Source: Candidatus Micrarchaeota archaeon
GTDB lineage: Archaea > Micrarchaeota > Micrarchaeia > Anstonellales > Bilamarchaeaceae
Length of the DNA: 21,570 bases
Reading direction: 5' to 3'
Assembly: GCA_040754495.1 (NCBI GenBank)
Contig: JBFMCO010000007.1
Location: 1 to 21,570, forward strand
The position numbers and the translations under genes are program-made. Below are positions 15,045 to 21,570 of this stretch, piece by piece; position 1 is the first letter of the stretch, and each line of letters starts with the position of its first letter. The notes under the pieces are model-generated. The model did no database searches. It saw nothing but the letters and a program-made list of their open reading frames with translations, and was not told the DNA's origin.

Positions 15045-17444
15045 ATGGCGGAGCTGGACATAGAATCCATAGGCCCGAAACTGAAGGGAATAAAGCTCAG
15101 CCAGCTCCAGCCGGAGCTTATCGACGCGGTCCTGGAGCTTGCCGGCGAGCACGGCTACGAAGTCACCATCACCTCTTCGAGCAACCTCGAGTTCCTGTTC
15201 AAGATTTACCAGGCCGAGAAGGCGAAGGAGAAGGGGAAGCGCAGGTCGCTTGAGAAAGCCGAGAATATCATCCTCACCATCGCTGGCGTCTTCTCGCTCC
15301 ACCACGACACCGTCATTGCGGAGCAGAAGGGGAAGCGGGAGGAGCGCAAGCGCAGGGCGCATTACGATGCGATGGGGGAGGACATGCGCCTCAGCAGGCG
15401 GATGCGCGAGCTTTTCGAATCCATAGGGATAGACAACGAGAAGGAGATGCAGCGCTCGGTTGCGCTTCTTGGCGAGGAAAAAATCGAGGAGCGGGTCGGG
15501 CTTGCGAGGGCGAGCAGGCTCGGAGATGCGCTTGTCCGGGGCGTTTTCGGGGAGAACCCGGAGCTGATTCGCATCGTGAGGGACGAGGAGTTCAGCGCGG
15601 CGCTCTCGGCGATGGAGGGCAAGAAGGATTTCATAGACGCGTGGAAGGAGGCGAACAGGAAGCTTCCCCTGTGGGCTGATTACAGCGTTTCCCCGAGCGT
15701 CCTGCTTGCTGATTACAAGGTGCTCCATGGCGGCCTCGGCGAGGCGGCCGTCCCGCTGGGGGGAAGTGCCTCGCACGGGGAGAAGACAGTCCCAGGAAGG
15801 CCGTCTGCAATCGAAGCCTCGGGCGGAGCAGCGAGGGCCGAAGTGCCGCAAAAAGAGCCGGACCTCGGCGCGCTCGACTCGCTCGCCCATCCGGCGGCGG
15901 CGCGGGCCAGGGAGGCGTACGAGAGGCACGGCGGGGGCGTCGAGGGGAAGCTTGCCGCGCTTGCGGAACTCGGGATAGACATATCCGAGCTGAGCACAGA
16001 GCGGGAGAGCATAAGCGAGGATACGGACCCGGAGAGCCGCTCGAAGGAGCAGGCGAAGTTCGATTCATCCATATCGCTCTTTTTCGGGATTGTGGTCGGC
16101 GGAGGCCTCCAGAATCTCCTTGGAAAGAGCCTCGGGGCCGATGACGCGAGGATTAGCAACGTGAAATACCTTCCCGGGGCGGCCGGCGCCTTCGAGCTGG
16201 AGCTTTCCGGCGGGAGCATGAAAAAGGCCTACCTGAGCCTCCAGGACATGGAGCCCGCGCAGATAGGCCGGGAGGCGGTCGTGGCCGCGGGCATGGCGGC
16301 TTATCGCATATGGACCAGGGGGGAGGACGGCGAGAGGCTGTCCGCAGGAGGCATGCAGTACGCAGTTTCCGAGGATGCGAGGGAGCTCGGGAGGCGCGGG
16401 AGGATTACGCTCAGGATGCCGGACCTGGGGAGCGAGAGCGTAGAGACCATGGGCGCAGCCATGTTCAGGGAGGACCTCGTGCTCAGGCCGGACCCCGGGA
16501 ACGACCTGCATTCGGAGTTTTACAGCGCGCTGGCCGAGCCCGGGGGGAGGGCCCGCGTCCTGAGGGCGCTCCTTGCTTATTTCGAGATGTCGAGAAGGGC
16601 CCTGCTTGCCGACCGCAGGCCGCCGAACACGTGCGTCCTCAGGGTGGCCGGGGCAGGGGGGACGGCGTTCACGTTCCAGCCTACCGACCTTGACGGTGTG
16701 GGGAACTTCATCGACGCGGGCCCTGCCGGGGCCGACTTTTCGGACTTCAACAGGGACTTCCACAAGGCGGCCGCGGATTTCGCGCTCCAGATGCAGGAGG
16801 GGATGACGAGGGCGGCCGCGAGGGGCATCATCAGGAGGGAGGACGTGCCGCCGGCCGGAATGATATTCCGGGAGATATCGGATGCGGCGCGGGAGCCTTT
16901 CCCCCCGGACGGGCCGGAGAGGGTCGCGGAGAGGCGGGGGATATTCATCAGGCACGACGGGAACCCGATTGGCATCGGATTCGACGCCTCATCCGACGTC
17001 GGGCACACGATACCCTCCCACGGCGGGAGGAGCAGGATAGCAGGGCCTGACGGAAGGGTGCTGCTCGATGCCGCGAGGGCTGTCAGGACGGCCGCGGAAG
17101 CCGCGACTGATTCCGCACAGGAGGAATTCCTCTCCGGATTCGCGGCAGGCGGCCTCGCCCAGATGTCCAGGGCCCCGGCCAAGGCCGCGGAGATATGCAT
17201 GGCCATGTCAGAGGCGGAGGGCGCCGAGAAAGCAGAGAGGCTCGAGCGGCTCCGCAGGAGGAGCGGCGGGGAGATTGCCGCAGGGATTTATTCTTCCCCG
17301 GAGTTCACGGATTCCAGGGGCGACCTCAAGCTCCAGGTGGCCGAGAGGATGGCCAGGGAGATTATATTCGCCAGGGGCTTCGCCCTGCCCGCTGCCGGGG
17401 AGCGCGCGGCAAAGGCGCAATCTCATGACGAGCGCACGAAATAG
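15045..17444 (+). CDS. 799-aa protein: uncharacterised N-terminal domain (paralogous to 18014-18982) plus putative HipA/PI3K-like kinase-type region
   Basis: Long ORF with AATATAAA at 15015-15022. Residues 1-~224 align with the 18014 ORF. Later motifs are LPGAAGAF, ALLADRRPPN and FQPTDLD. The CDS is secure; the kinase call is tentative. Confidence 0.75.
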   Translation: MAELDIESIGPKLKGIKLSQLQPELIDAVLELAGEHGYEVTITSSSNLEFLFKIYQAEKAKEKGKRRSLEKAENIILTIAGVFSLHHDTVIAEQKGKREERKRRAHYDAMGEDMRLSRRMRELFESIGIDNEKEMQRSVALLGEEKIEERVGLARASRLGDALVRGVFGENPELIRIVRDEEFSAALSAMEGKKDFIDAWKEANRKLPLWADYSVSPSVLLADYKVLHGGLGEAAVPLGGSASHGEKTVPGRPSAIEASGGAARAEVPQKEPDLGALDSLAHPAAARAREAYERHGGGVEGKLAALAELGIDISELSTERESISEDTDPESRSKEQAKFDSSISLFFGIVVGGGLQNLLGKSLGADDARISNVKYLPGAAGAFELELSGGSMKKAYLSLQDMEPAQIGREAVVAAGMAAYRIWTRGEDGERLSAGGMQYAVSEDARELGRRGRITLRMPDLGSESVETMGAAMFREDLVLRPDPGNDLHSEFYSALAEPGGRARVLRALLAYFEMSRRALLADRRPPNTCVLRVAGAGGTAFTFQPTDLDGVGNFIDAGPAGADFSDFNRDFHKAAADFALQMQEGMTRAAARGIIRREDVPPAGMIFREISDAAREPFPPDGPERVAERRGIFIRHDGNPIGIGFDASSDVGHTIPSHGGRSRIAGPDGRVLLDAARAVRTAAEAATDSAQEEFLSGFAAGGLAQMSRAPAKAAEICMAMSEAEGAEKAERLERLRRRSGGEIAAGIYSSPEFTDSRGDLKLQVAERMAREIIFARGFALPAAGERAAKAQSHDERTK

Positions 17445-17448
17445 GCGC

Positions 17449-17913
17449 TCATATCAGCTTCTGGGTGTCCTCGCCGACCATCACGAATGCGAATTTCCTT
17501 CCTGATTTGCCGGCCTCGGAAGCGCCCCTCAGCGCGCTCCGGATGGATAGGCCCAGCGCATCCCAGTCCGCGGACGGGGCGGCAAGCGAGGAAACCGGAA
17601 CGCTCACCATGATTTTGCGCCTGCTGTCCACGAAAGTGCAGTAGAGCGAGCTGCCCTTCATGGAAAGGTCGATTGCGTAGGCCGGAGGCTTGTCCGGGAG
17701 CGGGAGGCCGAGGAAGAACGAGCCGCTCAGGGTTGATGCCGGGGTCTGGGGGTCGCTTGAGAACGAGATGCGCCTGCCGCCGCCTGCATCGTGCAGCCTG
17801 GGGGGGAGCGCAAGGAGCTTCATCGTGCCCTCGTCCATGGGCCCGAGCCTCGTCAGGGCGTGCAGCACCGACACCCGGCTCATTGCGGATTTTCCGCTTG
17901 ATTCCACCTGCAT
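17449..17913 (-). CDS. Hypothetical protein (154 aa)
   Basis: It fills the gap between the two paralogues. An AT-rich TTTTATT tract lies about 25 nt upstream on the minus strand (17936-17945). No family recognised. Confidence 0.55.
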   Translation of the reverse strand: MQVESSGKSAMSRVSVLHALTRLGPMDEGTMKLLALPPRLHDAGGGRRISFSSDPQTPASTLSGSFFLGLPLPDKPPAYAIDLSMKGSSLYCTFVDSRRKIMVSVPVSSLAAPSADWDALGLSIRSALRGASEAGKSGRKFAFVMVGEDTQKLI

Positions 17914-18013
17914 GCACCCATAGTTGTGCAGAGGCCAATAAAAAACATTAGGGAGGCATGGCCGCAGCGGGGCGTCCCGGAAACATTAAAATCCTCGACT
18001 GCGACATATTAGT

Positions 18014-18982
18014 ATGGACGTGGAAGCGCTTGCGCCGGCCCTCAGGAAGATGAAGGTGGGCGAGCTCGACCCGGAGCTCCGGAGCGAGATTGCCACACTT
18101 GCCCGGGAACTTGGCAGGGGCAGTGCGATAACCGCCTCCAGCAGCCTGCATTTCCTTCTGAAGCTTTACAGGGCGGAGAAGGCGAAGGAGAGGGGGAGGG
18201 AGAAGGCGCTGAAGAGGGCGGAGGAGCTGATTCTGCGGCTCTCCTCTTTACATCACGACATACAGAAGAGGGAAAGCGAAAGGAGGAGGGAGGAGAGGGG
18301 GAGGCGCATCCCGTTTCCCGCCATCCGGGAAAGCGTGATTGTGAGCGGGAAGCTCCGGGAGATGTTCGGGTCCATCGGCATTACCGACGAGGGCGTCATG
18401 GGCAGGGCGGTCGAGCTCCTGGGGGAGGAGAGAGCCGGGGAGAGGGTAGACATGGTGAAGCTCATGGACATCGGACCGGAGCTCACGAAGAGGCTTTTCT
18501 CCGAACACCCGGATACTGTGCTCATACCCAAGGAAGACGACTTCGTCTCCGAACTCGAAGCCATCGAGGCGAAAAAGGGGATGATAGACTCCTGGAGGGA
18601 GGCGAACGGCCGCGAGCCTCCGATGTGGGCTGATTACGACAAGACGCCCGGCATACTCGTGGACACGTACGAGGACATCACGCGGCTGCTGAACCTCGAG
18701 CCGCCTGAGACGGCCGGGGCTGAACAGAAGGAGGCCAGATACCGCGGCAAGCCCATGGACCCGGACGATTTCTCGAGAGTCGTGATGGCCATGGGATTCA
18801 GCGGGGTGAGGGAATCCAAGCACGGAAGGATTCTCAGCGACGGGAAGGGCAATATAATGTGCGTGCAGAGGGCGCACAGGAAGCAGGAGCAGCTCAACCC
18901 GAGCACGATAAAGAAGAAGCTCACAGAGGCCGGCGTGGACCTGGATGAGTTCGAGAAGAAGAGAAGGGAGCTGAAACTGTGA
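18014..18982 (+). CDS. Uncharacterised N-terminal domain fused to a C-terminal HicA-like mRNA-interferase domain
   Basis: The last ~78 aa read PMDPDDFSRVVMAMGFSGVRESKHGRIL...MCVQRAH...LNPSTIKKKLTEAGVDLDEF. This fits the HicA pattern GF..R..GSH...VP.H...L..gTl..IL..AG. A HicB-like gene follows, and ATTAAAAT at 17985-17992 lies upstream. Confidence 0.75.
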   Translation: MDVEALAPALRKMKVGELDPELRSEIATLARELGRGSAITASSSLHFLLKLYRAEKAKERGREKALKRAEELILRLSSLHHDIQKRESERRREERGRRIPFPAIRESVIVSGKLREMFGSIGITDEGVMGRAVELLGEERAGERVDMVKLMDIGPELTKRLFSEHPDTVLIPKEDDFVSELEAIEAKKGMIDSWREANGREPPMWADYDKTPGILVDTYEDITRLLNLEPPETAGAEQKEARYRGKPMDPDDFSRVVMAMGFSGVRESKHGRILSDGKGNIMCVQRAHRKQEQLNPSTIKKKLTEAGVDLDEFEKKRRELKL

Positions 18983-18995
18983 AGGAGGGAAGCGG

Positions 18996-19235
18996 ATGAA
19001 GGAAATAGAAGTGGAAGGATATACGGTCACGATAGAGAGGGCTTTCGGGAGGTTCGTCGTCTCAGTCCCCAAGCTGCCCGGATGCACGGTGCAGGTGGAC
19101 AGGGAGGAGGACGCGGGGAGGGAAATCCGGAAGCAGATGGGGATGTACTTCTCCGAGCTGGCCTCGAAGAAGCCAAAAGAGAAGCCAGGCGGGGATGAGC
19201 GGAGCACGAGGGCGACCGTGAAAATCAGGAAGTGA
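18996..19235 (+). CDS. hicB: HicB-like antitoxin (RNase H-like fold, no obvious HTH/RHH)
   Basis: Reads YTVTIERAFGRFVVSVPKLPGCTVQVDREEDAGREIRKQMGMYF, matching the HicB V.VP.LPGC motif. A GGAGG Shine-Dalgarno lies upstream. Confidence 0.82.
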   Translation: MKEIEVEGYTVTIERAFGRFVVSVPKLPGCTVQVDREEDAGREIRKQMGMYFSELASKKPKEKPGGDERSTRATVKIRK

Positions 19236-19239
19236 TGCG

Positions 19240-19803
19240 ATGGTCCTCGCGCCATCGAGCTACAAGGTGCTGCATAAGGGGAGCCCTGCGCCGGAATTCA
19301 GGCTGAAGGGCATCGACGGCAAGGAGCATAGCCTCGCGGAATTCAAGGGGAAAAAAGCCCTGCTCGTAATTTTCATGTGCAACCACTGCCCGTACGTCCA
19401 GCCCAAGATGCCGTATTTCGCAGAGCTGCAGAGGAGATACGGGCCTCTGGGCCTGCAGGTTGTCGGCATCAACTCCAACGACGCGAGGAAATACCCGGAA
19501 GACGGCCCGGAGAAGATGGCGCAATACGCTGCGAGGTTCGGGTTCGGCTTCCCGTATCTTGTCGATGAGGCGCAGGAAGCGGCGAGGGCGTATGGCGCCG
19601 AGTGCACGCCCGACCCGTTCCTGTTCGATAGCTCGCTCGCGCTCGCCTACCATGGAAGGTTCGACGATGCGCATGGCCGGCCGCATTCGGATGGCAAGAC
19701 CGCGGAGATGGAGGAGGCCATAAAGCAGGTGCTCTCAGGAGCCGCGGTCACCGTGGAGACGCTGCCCTCGATGGGATGCAGCATCAAGTGGAAGGGCAGG
19801 TGA
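19240..19803 (+). CDS. AhpC/TSA-redoxin (thioredoxin-fold) family protein
   Basis: Motifs: APEFRLKGIDGKEHSL, FMCNHCPYV, GINSND, FPYLVDEAQEAARAYGAECTPDPFLF, YHGRFDD, MGCSIKW. Confidence 0.92.
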   Translation: MVLAPSSYKVLHKGSPAPEFRLKGIDGKEHSLAEFKGKKALLVIFMCNHCPYVQPKMPYFAELQRRYGPLGLQVVGINSNDARKYPEDGPEKMAQYAARFGFGFPYLVDEAQEAARAYGAECTPDPFLFDSSLALAYHGRFDDAHGRPHSDGKTAEMEEAIKQVLSGAAVTVETLPSMGCSIKWKGR

Positions 19804-19836
19804 AGGTTTTTAACCGCTTCATACATTATCTAACAC

Positions 19837-20556
19837 ATGACTGACGCACAGCCCAGCCTGAGGCAGACTCCGGTGCCCGATAGAGCCAGGGCTGCGAATG
19901 GCAAGTCCTATATCCGGCGCCTCATTCCGGGCATGGACAGGTGGATGAGCAGGCGCGAGCTGAGGGCCGGGCTTCTTGCGGAGTCCATGGAGCTGGAAGG
20001 CCGGGCGGAGGCATGGGAGAGGCGCGGCCACTGGGAGATGGCTGCCAAATGCACGGAGATGGCGGCCGAGCCGGTGAGGAAGCTTCTGGACATCGAACTG
20101 CGCAGGGAGTTCATGGACAGGTACGCTCAGCTTCTCAAGGACGCGACGGTCAGGTATTCCCTGGAACTCGGCGAAGCCGCGAGATACGACCCTGCGATTT
20201 TCTTCAGGATGTCGAAGCTGGCCGCAAGGATGGGGGATGTCGCGAGGACGAGGACGAATTACGAGCGGATGCTGAAGGGATTCGAGCTGATGGTAAGCGA
20301 CCCGATGCTGGACAGCCTAGTCACGCTCAACAGGATGAAGAGGAGATTCCTTGCAGCCCTCTGGGAAGGCGGGCAGGACGAGGCATGCAGGCTCGCCGCT
20401 AATGCGCTCGAGGCTGCTGCAATGGTGAGGGCGCCGGGGACGGACAGGCGCCCTGACACGGCGCGGTGGCTCGAGAGGCAGTTCGAGGAGAGATACGGGG
20501 ACGCGTATCCGCTGCGGTGCGCGCTCTATGGCGGGAGCGTAGTCAGCCGTCCATGA
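19837..20556 (+). CDS. Hypothetical, mostly helical protein (239 aa)
   Basis: TTTTTAA at 19807-19813 lies upstream, and codon usage is GC-rich like its neighbours. No family recognised. Confidence 0.6.
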   Translation: MTDAQPSLRQTPVPDRARAANGKSYIRRLIPGMDRWMSRRELRAGLLAESMELEGRAEAWERRGHWEMAAKCTEMAAEPVRKLLDIELRREFMDRYAQLLKDATVRYSLELGEAARYDPAIFFRMSKLAARMGDVARTRTNYERMLKGFELMVSDPMLDSLVTLNRMKRRFLAALWEGGQDEACRLAANALEAAAMVRAPGTDRRPDTARWLERQFEERYGDAYPLRCALYGGSVVSRP

Positions 20557-21568
20557 ACGACCAGAAGACGTAGTCGAAGATTTTTCTCCTGATTCCCTTC
20601 CTCGGGTCCTTGAGTATCCAGTTTATCATCCAGCAGAACGGAAGCCGTGTGTCCGTAGCAAGCTTGTATATCCGGACCTGCCACTTGTGGGCGCTTGCGA
20701 GGCGCTCCATAATGCGCCTGCCCTCCGGGTCGCCGCGGATGTGCCTCGCGACGCCCTCGCCGCTCTTTATCGCATAGTAGATGCCTTCCGTGGTCAGGGG
20801 GTTCAGGAATCCGCCCGCATCCCCCACCAGGTAGACGTTGTCGAAGCGCCAGCCGCGGTAATCCGCGTTTCCTTTCATCGCCTCGGACGTGAGCTTCTTC
20901 GTGTCTATTCCGAACGTCTCGCCGAGCCAGGCCTTCGCCCGCGCCGCAGTCGCATGGTCGAACTCCTCACCGCACCAGGCGAGGCCAATCATGGTCTGGC
21001 CGCGGCTCTTGGACATCATGTATCCGTAGCCGGCCGGGAAGCTTTTCGGGAGCCAGTACATCTGGAACTCCGGGCATGGCTTGTCGTCGAGGTAATGGAA
21101 TGCCCATCCGGAGATGTCCTTGACCGGGAGCTTGAGGTGCCTGCGCACCGCCGAGAAGGAGCCGTCGGCGCCGACAAGGTGCTTGTAGGCGTATTTCCCC
21201 TTTGACGTCTCGACGTGCGTGGGCGTGATTTTCGTTACGGGCTCGGAGAAGCGGATGTCCGCTTCGCAGTGATTCATGATGTAGCTCTCGAGTTCATAGC
21301 GGCCGACCGTCCACAGGTAAGGGCGCCCGAACTTCAGGACCTGTTTCGAGTCGTCGGTGCCGACGCTGATTTCGGTCCATGGGTGGCCGCGGTCGAACTT
21401 CTCGCCCGGAAAAACCTTCGGGGAGATTTCGCCGGAGCAGATTTTCTTTCCCACCCGCTCGTTTTTCTCAAGGACCAAAACCCTTAACCCTGAACCAGAC
21501 AGGTATCTTGCGCACGAGAGCCCGCCCGGCCCGCCGCCTATTATCACGACATCGTAAGAATCAGCCAT
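20543..21568 (-). CDS. Geranylgeranyl-reductase-family FAD-dependent oxidoreductase
   Basis: Motifs: Rossmann VVIIGGGPGG, EK...KICSGEIS, LVGADGSFSAVRR, YLVGDAGGFLNPLTTEGIYYAIKSG. Confidence 0.88.
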   Translation of the reverse strand: MADSYDVVIIGGGPGGLSCARYLSGSGLRVLVLEKNERVGKKICSGEISPKVFPGEKFDRGHPWTEISVGTDDSKQVLKFGRPYLWTVGRYELESYIMNHCEADIRFSEPVTKITPTHVETSKGKYAYKHLVGADGSFSAVRRHLKLPVKDISGWAFHYLDDKPCPEFQMYWLPKSFPAGYGYMMSKSRGQTMIGLAWCGEEFDHATAARAKAWLGETFGIDTKKLTSEAMKGNADYRGWRFDNVYLVGDAGGFLNPLTTEGIYYAIKSGEGVARHIRGDPEGRRIMERLASAHKWQVRIYKLATDTRLPFCWMINWILKDPRKGIRRKIFDYVFWSFMDG

Positions 21569-21570
21569 CG

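Noticed and set aside
14658-16955. Minus-strand ORFs of 423 and 296 aa, and similarly 18248-19255
   Set aside because: Antisense to well-supported plus-strand genes, with low-complexity Arg/Pro/Leu composition.
1-21570. CRISPR array, tRNA or rRNA genes
   Set aside because: No regularly spaced repeat-spacer units, cloverleafs or rRNA-like segments were seen.

Overview
This window looks archaeal. Most genes have a TATA-like box about 22-32 nt before the ATG, which implies leaderless mRNAs. The gene content suggests a DPANN lineage, most like Micrarchaeota (inference). The left end (1-~1740) is AT-richer than the GC-rich remainder. It holds the 3' end of an IS3-family element, a frameshifted and IS-truncated membrane-protein pseudogene, and a wHTH-MNT/HEPN toxin-antitoxin pair. 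Next come a ~165-nt GC-rich structured element closed by a 13-bp inverted repeat and a ~1300-aa beta-helix surface protein. These are followed by a DHFR-like/DUF1801/DUF1428 cluster, a PepSY lipoprotein, an unannotated 42-aa CxxC-CxxC microprotein, MarC, a polysaccharide deacetylase and a prokaryotic pentameric ligand-gated ion channel. A four-gene operon encodes two His-rich paralogues, a CcdA/DsbD-like protein and a stand-alone ATP-cone. The strongest candidate for a new system is 15045-19235. There, two paralogues share an uncharacterised ~220-aa N-terminal domain: one is fused to a HipA/PI3K-like kinase-type region, the other to a HicA-like toxin domain followed by a HicB-like gene. The window ends with a redoxin, an ORFan and a geranylgeranyl-reductase-family flavoprotein. 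All family assignments come from motifs read by eye; no searches were run.
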